A stretch of DNA of 63,581 nt, counting the filler, from Stramenopiles sp. TOSAG23-3 (taxonomy: Eukaryota): the NCBI GenBank assembly GCA_900128585.1. It is 26 parts of 26 records of this genome, joined end to end, with 100 filler letters (N's around TTAATTAATTAA, not from the genome) between each part and the next. Parts side by side here need not be neighbours in the genome. Positions count along the whole stretch, not along the records: positions 1 to 10,362 come from LT642826.1; positions 10,463 to 20,813 come from LT642827.1; 24 more parts are not named here. The stretch is one strand, 5' to 3'. Position numbers and translations under genes: made by a program. Below, piece by piece: positions 9,478-19,921 of the stretch. Under the pieces are notes generated by a model. The model searched no databases. It had not been told where the DNA came from and was given only the letters and a program-made list of their open reading frames with translations. Each line of letters opens with the position of its first letter. Within the stretch, counting starts at the first letter, position 1.

Positions 9478-10140
9478 TTATATTCCAAATGAACAATTAC
9501 TACCAAGTGATAATGTTTCCTTTCTTGTTAAAGGTGATCTGTAATCAATAAGTCGATTCTTCTCCCAATCAAAGTCCCTGAAAGTTTCACCCTTCTTTGG
9601 AGACACTTGCAAGTAGATCACTTCTTCACTGAACCCATCATAGTCACTTAGAGAATCAATCGTCCCTTTATTACCAAAACTCGAACAGCGGCTAGATTTG
9701 TTTTTTGATTGCCTGGATCTGTTCGACTCGTGCGATGTTGGGGGGGGGGTAGATTATCATCGCCTCTGAAATTTGGTCCAAGTTTTGGAAACTCTGGCAG
9801 GGGAATCACTCGTTTAGACTTATCAGAGGTACTTGTAGAAACCGCTTCCACAATTGGTTTGATCTTTTTCAGCCAATCGTAATGCACTGAAGCACGACAC
9901 CACCTGAGGGCTATAACGTTCTGTTGTTGCTGGGTCCCTGTCGGCTTTTTTATCCATTGTTGGGTGCTATTGTCAAAGATATTAATGTCAAAATTGTACT
10001 TGTAAGCTATGAGTGCAAGTTCACTCTATCTTCCATACGCACCCCTTGGGATCGCGTGTCTTGGAATAAAGTTTGTCCTTTATTTAGTTCAGAGTCTGCA
10101 AAGAGACCTCCGTGCATGATTGAGTATTTCGGGTCAGTAT
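9478..10140 (-). pseudogene. OTU-like cysteine protease pseudogene (C-terminal half of the domain plus tail), probably from a mobile element
   Basis: Minus strand reads GAYGR*SELALIAYKYNFDINIFD...NVIALRWCRASVHYDWL, which fits the OTU pattern (W/Y)GxxxEL..Y...I.I....I.L.....HYD. There is an in-frame TAG at 10026-10028, a frameshift at the G run at 9740-9749 and a stop at 9478-9480. Confidence 0.7.
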
Positions 10141-10362
10141 GAAATTAAAACAAGAAAAATTGGCTGTTATTTTATCTCATAGCCGGGATAGTAAATTTAA
10201 CATATAAATAGTGAAAGTATTCTCTTTACTATAAAGATATAGGTAAAAAAGTTACAACAATCGGCTGTGGACGATTTTCGTCTACAGCGTATGCTACGTC
10301 TATATTAAAAAAGGAAACGAAACTTTTCTGATACTATTGTTTCACACGAGCCTGCTACCTTT

Positions 10363-10462
10363 NNNNNNNNNNNNNNNNNNNNNNNNNNNNNNNNNNNNNN
10401 NNNNNNTTAATTAATTAANNNNNNNNNNNNNNNNNNNNNNNNNNNNNNNNNNNNNNNNNNNN
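10363..10462. other. Artificial contig linker N44-TTAATTAATTAA-N44 (first of 25)
   Basis: Identical 100-nt blocks start at 10363, 20814, 22607, 24400, 26192, 27983, 29773, 31563, 33353, 35142, 36931, 38719, 40505, 42291, 44076, 45855, 47633, 49410, 51185, 52958, 54730, 56501, 58272, 60043 and 61814. The 12-mer gives stops in all six frames. Confidence 0.98.
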
Positions 10463-13400
10463 ATGGAGGGCTTCTCTGACAAAGTTCTAGACCAAGGCTA
10501 CCGTGCGAAGCGTGAAAGCATGTACCGCTTTGGGTTTGCGGCCCGACGGAACATTCGACCTCACGTCAGCCAGCCACTTGCGCACGTTGAACAATACCAG
10601 AACGTGTCGATGCAACGTGATGTTGGAGACCAATCGTTCCCGTTTAAAGACATCGTAGCGTTTGAGCGGGACAATGCGTACGTGTATGGGGCGTCTTGCG
10701 CCGTTCTGCCGTCGAGCAAGTTCAAAGCGTATCCGGAGACATTTTCTCTTTATTTTGAGATTTCGTTCTCGGAAGATTTCTTGCGGAAGAAAAATCCGTC
10801 CGCCAAGACCATTATGCGCGCAGGGATCAGCTTTGACTCGGACTGGAAGGCACTGACGGACACAGAGTTAATTGGGGAACTGGAGTACGAAGACAACGAC
10901 TTTAGTAAGGGACAGCTGTGGTACAAAGCTTACAAGCACAAGGGCGTTCACCCGGCAGACTTCAAGGGCACAGGGTTTGTCTTGCCAAGCGATATAACCG
11001 CCAAAGATGTCGTTGGATGTGGCTGGAACTGCACCACCAGGGAAATGTTCTTGTCGTTGAACGGTAAAATCATTGAAACCGCGGCGCTTGCTATTTCAGA
11101 CAAGTGCGGTGTTCGACCGGGGTTCAGTTGCAACGTATCGTCAAGGCAGTACATCGGATCATCCGAACAGAGTTATGTTCGAGTGAATTTTGGTCAGCAG
11201 CCGTACGTGTTTGTTCCGGCGTGGGTGGAAAAACTAAAACGCACGCGTATTCTCTCGGAAACCCCTGCATTGGGCCAAACCGCTCGGATTCGGGGAAGCG
11301 GAAATGTTGCCGGCAGCTGCTTTGGGAACAGCTCAGGAATAGTTGATTGGGTGTTTGCAGTTGAAAAACAAGGCAAGATCCCCTCTGGTACCCAGTGTCA
11401 GACTGCCACGGGGGCCTCGATTTTGCTGGCTGCCCAAAACGATGATGTTGCGGAAGTGGAGAAGCTATTAAAAGAAAAGAAAGATTTGATTTTTGCGAAA
11501 GACACAACTCTGAAAAACCATATTGCAAACATTGCGGTGAAAGATGCGAATGCGTTTGTAGAGCAGCAAATAGGCCTAGTAGACGGCGGCTCGGTAGTTA
11601 AATGCAGTGGTCGCAACATATTTCATTTTGCCGCACTTTCTGGGAGGACAGAAGTTTTGAAATTTTTGCTGCGGTACCGAATTCCCGGGTTGGTGGGCGA
11701 CGAGGCGTACGGACACAATGACCTTCTCTTTCAAGGAGATTCAGAATTGTGTACCCCCTTGCATTTGGCCGCTCGGTGTGACAACCTTGCTGCCTTGCGG
11801 ACTATTCGTGAGTATATGGTAGGGAAGGAGAGCAAAGCGTTCATGAGAGATAGTGAGGCGAGGAAACCAACCGCGGGACGAGTCCGGGAAAGCAAGCGCG
11901 CCCGTTCATCCGCGCGCGAGAGGATAGCCCTCCTTCGAAAATCGTCGCCAGCGCGTTGGTCTCCGACCCTGGCAAATGCTCTGCAAGCAAGGTCTCACGG
12001 GGGAATGAATGTCATGCACCATGCCCTTAGCGCCCTTTCCGTTCGCTGCGCCTTGTGGACACTGAAGCAATTCCCGGAGCTTCTGGGCCGTCGCAGCCAT
12101 GGCAAGAGGACTGCTTCCCTGAAGAGACGGTGGGCAGCGAGCGGCGGAGCTCCAATCCACTACGCCTGCAATGCTATGCTGGGCATACTCCCTTTTGGCA
12201 CCCCACGAGCGAATGCGATCAATTACCAAAGGCTAGACGCGTCTCTGACTTTGCGCAGGGACGTAGCCATTTCCATGATGTGGAAGATGGCCCACATGTC
12301 AGACAAAGCTTCCATCGTGGCCGACTCTTTCGACCGAACGGCGCACGGCCTTCTCCAAGCGATGTTGAAGGAATTGAAGCGTGCGCCTTCAAGCGGGTCG
12401 GTGTCTTCGTACATTTTGCCATCCATGTCCGATTCAGCACATGGAATCAAAGTTGCATGCACTCGCAGCCGAGATATGCTCAAAGCCATTTACGACCGTA
12501 GCATTGAGGAAAAGTGGGAGAAGGTGTTTCACAACCCGCACGATGCGGCAAACGATGCCCTAGCGCAAGCAAACCGGGAAGAAGCAGAGCTAAAAGAGAT
12601 TGAAGAAAGGATGCTGGCTGAAAAAAAGCGCAAAAAACTTGCAATTGCCCAAGCCAATAAGCTAAAGGTAGCTGCGATGACAGAGAGAGTTCGCCTGGCC
12701 AAGCAGAGGAAACAGCTGGCCCAGGAAGTAGAAGAAGAGAGGAAAGCGCTGTATGAAATGGAGCGTCAAGCCAGGTATAAAAAGGAAGCCCTTGTCGCCG
12801 AGGCAGTGGCGGACGCCAAAGCCGTTCCAAAGCAGAAAGTGAAAAAGAAGAAAGCGGGTGGCAAAAAGAACAAGAAAAAGAAAAGGAAACGTTTGAAACG
12901 ATCGTCAAAAAAGCCGGAGGACGACATTGATGCGCTACTGAATGCTGCGATGAAAGAGAAAGCCCCCGTCGTGGCCGAAACGAACGATGTGATCGAAAAC
13001 GAAGAAGAAGTGGAGGAGGAAGCTGATGATGTCGGTGCATTGTTCGGGGCTGGCGGCGGCGATGAAAGTGCACCCCCCGTGGATAGTGTCGAACAGGGGA
13101 AAATCCTGAAGCCACAGGTACCAAACGTGTCCATCTCTCCACGCAACAAAAACGGAATTGGGAGCCTATCATCTAGCGGGGGAAAGTTTTCAGTTCATGA
13201 CGTTAATTCCGATGAGATTTTTGCAATCAACGAAAACGCTGATCCTGTGAACCGGGCCGCACCAAACGACACTCCGCGACGAAAATGGAAGGCGAAGGAA
13301 CCGAAGAACCCGTTTGTTGCCAAATGCCCAGAGGACTTGAAGCATTTAACGACGGATGAGCTAAATCGTCTTCTCAACCAGCTGTTGGTAAACGAAGATA

Positions 13401-13966
13401 TTGTGAATCAGGCGAGGCGCCTTACAACAACAATGAATTCTTTGGGTACTGACAACTTTGGCCTCTGCATTGATGCCCTTGATCATGCCTACGATAGCCT
13501 GAAAGCTGCGAAATGCTTGCCGACGGTTCTTGAAACCGAGATTATGAAAGCAGAACGATTGGAGAAAAAGGAAGCCCCCTTTCTTTCCGAATCCTGGAGC
13601 CATGAGTACACGAAACTGATCGAGAACAAGACATTCGAAATCCCAGACCGGGTACTTGTACGCTCGAAATACCTCGAGCAGTCCCGGAAGTTTGAGGTCG
13701 AGACGCAGCGGTTGGTCTCCAAGTTATCCATGTACAGTGCAAAAGTCGAGCCGTCGCAGGTGAGCAAAACCATGCTAGGGTTTGCTCCAACCAAAAGTGC
13801 CCCCATGAAAAGCCCCATTCAAATTGCCGAAGAAAATAAAAGCAAGACGCTTGCAGTGGAATTGGGCATAAAGAAACAACGAGAAGACCACATAAAAGCT
13901 TGTCTATCCAAAACTCAAGGTATGAAAAACTGGGCCGAACGAATACGTTCTATGCGAAACGAGTGA
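10463..13966 (+). CDS. SPRY domain + ankyrin repeats + coiled-coil protein (possibly 5' partial)
   Basis: SPRY motifs DVVGCGWN...MFLSLNG and VRVNFGQQPYVF. Ankyrin motifs GRNIFHFAALSG, TPLHLAARCD and GMNVMHHA. K/E-rich coiled coil. The ORF starts at the first base of the contig. Confidence 0.82.
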   Translation: MEGFSDKVLDQGYRAKRESMYRFGFAARRNIRPHVSQPLAHVEQYQNVSMQRDVGDQSFPFKDIVAFERDNAYVYGASCAVLPSSKFKAYPETFSLYFEISFSEDFLRKKNPSAKTIMRAGISFDSDWKALTDTELIGELEYEDNDFSKGQLWYKAYKHKGVHPADFKGTGFVLPSDITAKDVVGCGWNCTTREMFLSLNGKIIETAALAISDKCGVRPGFSCNVSSRQYIGSSEQSYVRVNFGQQPYVFVPAWVEKLKRTRILSETPALGQTARIRGSGNVAGSCFGNSSGIVDWVFAVEKQGKIPSGTQCQTATGASILLAAQNDDVAEVEKLLKEKKDLIFAKDTTLKNHIANIAVKDANAFVEQQIGLVDGGSVVKCSGRNIFHFAALSGRTEVLKFLLRYRIPGLVGDEAYGHNDLLFQGDSELCTPLHLAARCDNLAALRTIREYMVGKESKAFMRDSEARKPTAGRVRESKRARSSARERIALLRKSSPARWSPTLANALQARSHGGMNVMHHALSALSVRCALWTLKQFPELLGRRSHGKRTASLKRRWAASGGAPIHYACNAMLGILPFGTPRANAINYQRLDASLTLRRDVAISMMWKMAHMSDKASIVADSFDRTAHGLLQAMLKELKRAPSSGSVSSYILPSMSDSAHGIKVACTRSRDMLKAIYDRSIEEKWEKVFHNPHDAANDALAQANREEAELKEIEERMLAEKKRKKLAIAQANKLKVAAMTERVRLAKQRKQLAQEVEEERKALYEMERQARYKKEALVAEAVADAKAVPKQKVKKKKAGGKKNKKKKRKRLKRSSKKPEDDIDALLNAAMKEKAPVVAETNDVIENEEEVEEEADDVGALFGAGGGDESAPPVDSVEQGKILKPQVPNVSISPRNKNGIGSLSSSGGKFSVHDVNSDEIFAINENADPVNRAAPNDTPRRKWKAKEPKNPFVAKCPEDLKHLTTDELNRLLNQLLVNEDIVNQARRLTTTMNSLGTDNFGLCIDALDHAYDSLKAAKCLPTVLETEIMKAERLEKKEAPFLSESWSHEYTKLIENKTFEIPDRVLVRSKYLEQSRKFEVETQRLVSKLSMYSAKVEPSQVSKTMLGFAPTKSAPMKSPIQIAEENKSKTLAVELGIKKQREDHIKACLSKTQGMKNWAERIRSMRNE

Positions 13967-14513
13967 GTAAGAAAGAATGAAAAAAAGGAAAGATTAAAAA
14001 ATATATTGTTTTTATACTTGTTGTATTGTTATATAATATTTCCTATCTAAATTGTTAGACGACTATCACTACTTTCCCGCATTCATCTAACTTTCCTCTT
14101 CTTCTGAATTATCTTCTACGAGGAGGATCTTTTCCGCCCGCCTTTTTTTCCAAAAAAAAAATAATTAATATTCGGTCTATAGTCTAATAATTAAATTATA
14201 TTTTAATTTTTTTGTGTTGTTGTTGTTGTTGTTTGTTGTGGTCTTTCTTTCTTTCTTTTTTTTGTGGTGTATTATTATTTCAAAACACCCTTTTTATTAT
14301 GGTGGTAATTTGATTGAAACTTAAACAAATAATTACATCTATACAAGAAACAATAAAAATCAGTCAGAGAACAGAAACGAGATACATTGCGCACGGTTTT
14401 TTCATTGCTCCACTAAAGCCTGTTCTTTTAAACCGTTCAAACCGGTGAATGACTTTCGTATTTTCTCGCTGATTTTCTCATAGCACTATTCGTACACGTA
14501 CATTAACACACTG

Positions 14514-17500
14514 ATGTCCTCCGGTTCGTCGCAGCGGAGTTCGTCGAGGAGGAAGCGGCCTGCGAACGAGACTGATTTTTCCAAGAAAACTGTCGCCGAC
14601 GATGTCGTGGGGAAAGACGTTGTTGGGGCGTATTACGAAAAAAAGTTTGTGGGCTACGGGACTTGGACAGCTCGTGTGCAGAGTTACGACGCCGTGAGTG
14701 ACCGGTACACATGTAAGTATGTGGATGGATACACCGAGTTACTTTCGCGCACTCAACTGAGCAAATACGGTCTATTTGTTTCTACTGACGGGAATACAGT
14801 ATTGGATCCGGACACAAATCCAGACGAACATCCCATGCTATACGTACGGAAACGAGCACGCACGGAATCTCCCCCGGCTGAAGCTGGCCAATTGGGTTCA
14901 GCGTATTCGTATATGGTGTGTGGGAAGACAATAGAAGTAGGCACTACGTATCAAGTGAAGAGTGAAGACTCAGAGTGGGTGACGGGGACCGTTATTAGCG
15001 TTTGCGTGGGCGGAGAAACGACCGTAAGCTATGACCACCATTACCCAGTATCGACTTTTTCGCGGCAAGAGCTTACAAAAGACGTCAAGCGCTACTTGCA
15101 GTCGGGTGAACTGCGCTGGGGAGATGGTCAAGGTTCCACGAACCCCACGGACGAAGGTGTTAGCACCCGCCAGCGAACCCTCCGACCGGCTGCAAACGAA
15201 GTCTTGGTATCTGACAGCGACGAAGAGGAGAGCGAACCCCCACAAACGGTGGCTTTATCAGGAGGAGATGCCGGAGATGCTATTGTCATCCTTGATTCGG
15301 AAGCCAGTGACAATGAAGAAGCGAGCGGCAAGGACGTAATAAGCCAGCCTCCTGTCACTCCCACAGCCCCAGTTACCAAAACGAGAAATGTGGTGCTGCC
15401 GGACGGCAAAGTGCGAGTGAAACCCGAGCCGTTGCCTTTTGGAATGGCGGATTGTCCTCCAGACGTTACAGAACTCACGAAAGATCAATTTTACGGTACT
15501 CTTTCCGATGGACCGATTCAGGAAGCTGCAGGGGCCACTGGTGACCAGGACAAGGACCAGGACAAGGACCTAGTGTTTTTATCAACCACTGACGAGTCCT
15601 CTGTAGCAAACCTGCCCCACGGTCGCACAGAATGCTTTCAGCACAAGTTCCTCTATGTTTCCAAGCTACGTATGGATAAACGTAGGAAACAGAATAAGAA
15701 TTTCTGCCCGTCGTGCTATTGTTTGGTTTGTGAAGTTCCGGCGAAGGACTGCTCGCATTGGGACCGAGGACAATATGGGGGGCATTGCATGGCGAACTTA
15801 AAGGGAGGACTTGCAGCCTACTGGAAGCAGCAAAAGCGGGTGTTTTCAAACACCTTGTTACGGGCCTTGGGAACACTTCCCGCGTCCACGCTGGCTGTGT
15901 ACGAAGACGCGCACGAAGACACCAGGTCGTGCTTTCGCAGATACTACGAGGGTAGGCGAGAGTACGACGATGACGAGTTCTATGGCTCGTATGAAAGAAT
16001 GATGGGGTATGGCGGTTCGTATAGGATAACACACAGGTTCTCCGCGGTTAAAGAGACAACTGATCGACTTCTAAAGACAGCGGCCTTGCTCCTTGGAAAA
16101 TCATCGCAGAGCGAGAAGGTTAAGGGCGTCTGTTTGCTCGATGCTGTAACCGAGATATTGTGCCGCGAATCATGGAGTCCCCAAAACAGTGACGTCATGT
16201 GCGCGTCTGACGAATGGGATCCTGAAGCGGAATCGAAATTCTCCAAACTTGTGCACCGCGTGGGAATGCAGTGGTTCCGTATTGTGTGTCCAGATTCTAA
16301 GCCTGCAAATAAGGAAAAGGAAACCAAAAAGCGAAAGATTGATGTGCGTGTGCTACAGGGCATGGCAGAAGGGCGTTGTAATAGCCTTGTTTGTGAAAAG
16401 ACAGGCAGAACAGTTCTCGCCCATGAGTGGTATTTCATAGGCGTGTGCTCGTATGCTGCGTCCCGAGATCAGTTGGACGAGAAGTATGCCGGAAAAACCC
16501 AAAGACATTTGAGGTGTCCGAATTGTCCTACAGACTATCCTGGCCATAGCAAATACCAGTACAAAAAAAGTCCATGGATGAAAGAACCACATCTACCTAG
16601 TCCCGAGAAATACGCGCAAGAGCTTCTACAGAGGTTAGAGCGCAGGGGCGATGTCGAATTTGCTGAAAAACGCTCTATTCACGTGTCTCTCCCGAAAACG
16701 TTTCTCTCCCCCATTGCTGCCCGGTTGAAGGCCCTGGCCAGCGTTTCGTCGTCCTCGTACGCACGTCAAATGCTCAAAACTATGATCGGGTTTTCAGCAA
16801 CTGGGTGGAAGCACGGAAGCATTAACGCGATAGAGGCGGGAACCTTTATGCCGTATAAAGGGTGTTTGGATTCTAGTGAAGCCCGGGCGTCTTTTGGATT
16901 TCGCATTGATATGGCGCTTGAAAATGGTAATGTTCAGCTTGCGTGCCGTTTGATGCTCGCATCTCCGAACAAAATGGTACTGTCTCGTTTGGTTTCCGGC
17001 CCTGTTACACAACAATTAAGAAATCCTCCGTTTCAGTTTTCAAGCCAACGAATCGTTGACTTGGCGATGTATTCCCCACACGTTACATACAAAGACATGT
17101 GTTATTTGGCGGAAAATGTCGACAGAGATTTTGCCGTCACCAAAGGTACTCCACAAATGATATGGTGCCTTTTTCTACGTACACTTATCGGCGAAGGTGG
17201 AAACAAGGATGCAGAAGTTAGCGTGTCGACGAAGGAACTGTCCTTTGACGTTGGGGGTCGTCTGGGTATAACCATAGGTCCAGGACCTCTCGGCCGCATT
17301 TACGTTGTATCCATAGACCCATCGTTTGTAGAGAAAAACAAAGCTCTGGGGGCTATGAAAGTAGGGGATATGATTGTCTCTGTGAATGGGTCGTTCGGCA
17401 GCATTGGAGATATTTTGACAGATCCTACGATAGAGAAAAGTGCCCTTGCCAAGGCAACAGAACTCTTATCAAATATACCAAGTGGCGGCCGTCGCAAGAT

Positions 17501-19697
17501 TACTCTTCAGAGGTGCAAGTATTCTGTTGAGAGCCTGCAGCAACAAGGCAGCTCGGTTTATCACTTTCAAAAACTGTTTGCTTATACTAAGCGGTATTTA
17601 TCTGATTATGGGAAGTCATGGGCCAAATATCTACGACCAAAACGTCCCCCAACAAGTTCCCGAATGCTGGATGCAGCGAACCTGGTGAGGGCCCGGTTTG
17701 TGATGAAAACCGAAGGCTTTACTGAAATGGAAGCCCCCGAAATTATTAGAATTACACAAGAAGTTGAGTGGGGCTTTGGCAGTTCGTTTGGAAAATCGGA
17801 GGGTGGTATGAGTGGATACCGCTCGTACGCAGAATTGTTGGTGCTCACAAGCATGCTTTTTGCAAAACACATAATGAACGAACAGTCTCCTCCTGAACGC
17901 GCTGTGATGACACGCGTGCGCAACATGTTCTTCATCGTCAATGTGGAAGCTGTATCGGATGAAATAGACCGTGCGCTGCCAACAGAAATTATGCTATGGT
18001 GTTGTTACTTTTCTACTCAGGGTCACGCGACTGCATTCGGGCAAACTTTCATCAAGACATTGTTTGAGGACTGCAATGCCTGCAATGTTGTGACGGCAAT
18101 GATAAAAAAATACACCAAGAAGGTGTCTGGTTCAAGGGAGACCGAGCCGAGACATTTGTTTACTCGTGATTTGATAGAAAACGTATTCATGTCATTGTGT
18201 GCCCATGGCGATGACGTTTCCCGGAAAAAATGTGTAGAATGGATCATGATCACCATTAAATACCTTGACTGTTCCCAAGTCGACACGTTATACGGTGAAA
18301 GTTTTCAAAACGATTATGCTGCCTTGTTTTCAAAATTATTAAAAATTGCTAGGGGATTGTTACGGGATAGGGGATCGTTACATTATGGAGCGCACGCTTA
18401 TTATCAGAATATATCTTCTTCTGTCAGCGAAATAGAAAAACTTCTCCGCCGCAAATTCAAAATCAAGGACACGTCCGCCGCCTACCCTTATCTAGCATGC
18501 TGCATGGAATGGACAAATTTTTATGAAAAGGTGACGAGGAAACTGGAGGTTCCTTGCCCTGCTGATTTTTCTGTGCTGGTGCCATTCAATCAGCTGACAA
18601 GAGCTTTTAAACCACGGAAAGATGCCGGAGACAAGGTTCGTAAGAGAGTTCTGGAGAACATTATCAGTGACATGTTTCCGGAAGAAGACGGGTCCCAGTC
18701 TATAACTATGCAGTTTAAGTGCATTAGAGAATGTTGTTGTGCAACAAGCCAGTGGTTTCCGTCAGTTGTTAAATTTCTGGCCTTTTGTAAAGATGCGTAT
18801 GGTGTAGACATATCCCTAGCCTTTCGTCGAATCTGTGCCTATCCAATGGATGTACGGTACGTGCACGATAGAGCAATGAATATAGATGTGGAAAAGGTAA
18901 ACTTCAAGCCAATTGAAGGAAATTTTGGTAGTATGAGCGTATATTGTCATCCGACTAAACAATACGACAAAGTCGCCCCTGGTAGAATAAAATTCTTCGG
19001 AGAGGCGTTTAAGAACGTATCAATGTCGAAGGAAACGAAATCTCTTCTTTTGAATGAATTTGGTATATGGCTCCGCTTGTTCTGTGCGGACCCCTGTGTG
19101 GCAGATCCTTCCCACTATAAATATAGGGGTACCCATGTGGGCAGGTTTGGCAACATCCAGAAGGTCGAAGAAGTGCTGACCAGCATCTCGAAATTATTGC
19201 GGTCGTTTCGAGACGAAGCAAGCTTTCGAACTCTCGTAGGAGAGGCCTTGCTCTTGGACGGCACCAAATGGCTTACTCGTAAGTTAAGAAAGAAAGTTGA
19301 TCGAAAACTTTTGGGCCCTGTGTTTGCCGCGTTGCGTCGCAACATGGTCCTATCTCACCAGGAGAAGAACATCAGGTCTGTCTGCGTGAAACTTCAACAC
19401 ACCAGTTATCCATCCTACCACCGAACCGTAGCATTGCAACTGGCAGAGTGTTCTGGAGGTGTTCACGTATCTCGGCGCGTTATCGTTGCTCATGTCAATA
19501 ATGCACAGGCGCGTGGGTCGATAAAGGAGAAGTATGTTGTATACTCAGTAGCGGGCGAGAAAGTTTTTGGGAAAACTCTGGGGTCTGTGGTGGAGGTAAT
19601 AAACCGGAAACTGCGCTCTACACACATGTGTTATCAAGATACGATCCGTATTTGTTTCATTCTTAAGTTTGACAAGGATTCGGGAAAGTTGTGGTAG
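14514..19697 (+). CDS. Large multidomain protein: Tudor-like domains, SIM-like motifs, RIN13-like Cys/His domain, PDZ
   Basis: 1727-aa intronless ORF. Tudor-like VGAYYEKKFVGYGTWTARVQSYD...YTCKYVDGYTE; Cys/His domain LPHGRTEC...FCPSCYCLVCEVPAKDCSHW...HCMA; PDZ GRLGITIG...MKVGDMIVSVNG. Confidence 0.78.
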   Translation: MSSGSSQRSSSRRKRPANETDFSKKTVADDVVGKDVVGAYYEKKFVGYGTWTARVQSYDAVSDRYTCKYVDGYTELLSRTQLSKYGLFVSTDGNTVLDPDTNPDEHPMLYVRKRARTESPPAEAGQLGSAYSYMVCGKTIEVGTTYQVKSEDSEWVTGTVISVCVGGETTVSYDHHYPVSTFSRQELTKDVKRYLQSGELRWGDGQGSTNPTDEGVSTRQRTLRPAANEVLVSDSDEEESEPPQTVALSGGDAGDAIVILDSEASDNEEASGKDVISQPPVTPTAPVTKTRNVVLPDGKVRVKPEPLPFGMADCPPDVTELTKDQFYGTLSDGPIQEAAGATGDQDKDQDKDLVFLSTTDESSVANLPHGRTECFQHKFLYVSKLRMDKRRKQNKNFCPSCYCLVCEVPAKDCSHWDRGQYGGHCMANLKGGLAAYWKQQKRVFSNTLLRALGTLPASTLAVYEDAHEDTRSCFRRYYEGRREYDDDEFYGSYERMMGYGGSYRITHRFSAVKETTDRLLKTAALLLGKSSQSEKVKGVCLLDAVTEILCRESWSPQNSDVMCASDEWDPEAESKFSKLVHRVGMQWFRIVCPDSKPANKEKETKKRKIDVRVLQGMAEGRCNSLVCEKTGRTVLAHEWYFIGVCSYAASRDQLDEKYAGKTQRHLRCPNCPTDYPGHSKYQYKKSPWMKEPHLPSPEKYAQELLQRLERRGDVEFAEKRSIHVSLPKTFLSPIAARLKALASVSSSSYARQMLKTMIGFSATGWKHGSINAIEAGTFMPYKGCLDSSEARASFGFRIDMALENGNVQLACRLMLASPNKMVLSRLVSGPVTQQLRNPPFQFSSQRIVDLAMYSPHVTYKDMCYLAENVDRDFAVTKGTPQMIWCLFLRTLIGEGGNKDAEVSVSTKELSFDVGGRLGITIGPGPLGRIYVVSIDPSFVEKNKALGAMKVGDMIVSVNGSFGSIGDILTDPTIEKSALAKATELLSNIPSGGRRKITLQRCKYSVESLQQQGSSVYHFQKLFAYTKRYLSDYGKSWAKYLRPKRPPTSSRMLDAANLVRARFVMKTEGFTEMEAPEIIRITQEVEWGFGSSFGKSEGGMSGYRSYAELLVLTSMLFAKHIMNEQSPPERAVMTRVRNMFFIVNVEAVSDEIDRALPTEIMLWCCYFSTQGHATAFGQTFIKTLFEDCNACNVVTAMIKKYTKKVSGSRETEPRHLFTRDLIENVFMSLCAHGDDVSRKKCVEWIMITIKYLDCSQVDTLYGESFQNDYAALFSKLLKIARGLLRDRGSLHYGAHAYYQNISSSVSEIEKLLRRKFKIKDTSAAYPYLACCMEWTNFYEKVTRKLEVPCPADFSVLVPFNQLTRAFKPRKDAGDKVRKRVLENIISDMFPEEDGSQSITMQFKCIRECCCATSQWFPSVVKFLAFCKDAYGVDISLAFRRICAYPMDVRYVHDRAMNIDVEKVNFKPIEGNFGSMSVYCHPTKQYDKVAPGRIKFFGEAFKNVSMSKETKSLLLNEFGIWLRLFCADPCVADPSHYKYRGTHVGRFGNIQKVEEVLTSISKLLRSFRDEASFRTLVGEALLLDGTKWLTRKLRKKVDRKLLGPVFAALRRNMVLSHQEKNIRSVCVKLQHTSYPSYHRTVALQLAECSGGVHVSRRVIVAHVNNAQARGSIKEKYVVYSVAGEKVFGKTLGSVVEVINRKLRSTHMCYQDTIRICFILKFDKDSGKLW

Positions 19698-19861
19698 AGG
19701 GATTGGAGGAGAAAAAGACAATACGACGTGCCCCTCATAAAGAAATTTTCTCTTAAAGTGTATTAATTATTTTACAAGGAGGGGGAATTTAAATTTTACA
19801 GATTTTATTTTTGTATCTCTTTCCCTTGTCAATAGAAACTCAACATATCGTCACAAATGTA

Positions 19862-19919
19862 TAAGACTCTTATGATTTAAAAAAACAAATTATATAGTAT
19901 GCTTTAAGACTCTTATGAT
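19862..19919 (+). repeat. Motif B copy with a 15-bp direct repeat (taagactcttatgat)
   Basis: aaattatatagtatgctttaagactct matches 410-437. The 15-mer occurs at 19862-19876 and 19905-19919, ending two bases from the stop codon at 19922. Confidence 0.8.
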
Positions 19920-19921
19920 AT

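Noticed and set aside
10026-10028. Stop-codon reassignment or readthrough explaining the in-frame TAG
   Set aside because: Intact genes end normally in TAA, TAG or TGA, and the same remnant also has frameshifts, so decay is the simpler explanation.
10407-10418. Regularly recurring TTAATTAATTAA as a biological repeat or CRISPR-like array
   Set aside because: Always flanked by exactly 44 N on each side; it is a six-frame-stop assembly linker.
649-19345. Many short antisense or alternate-frame ORFs inside the long genes
   Set aside because: No recognisable motifs; they are expected shadows of long coding regions.
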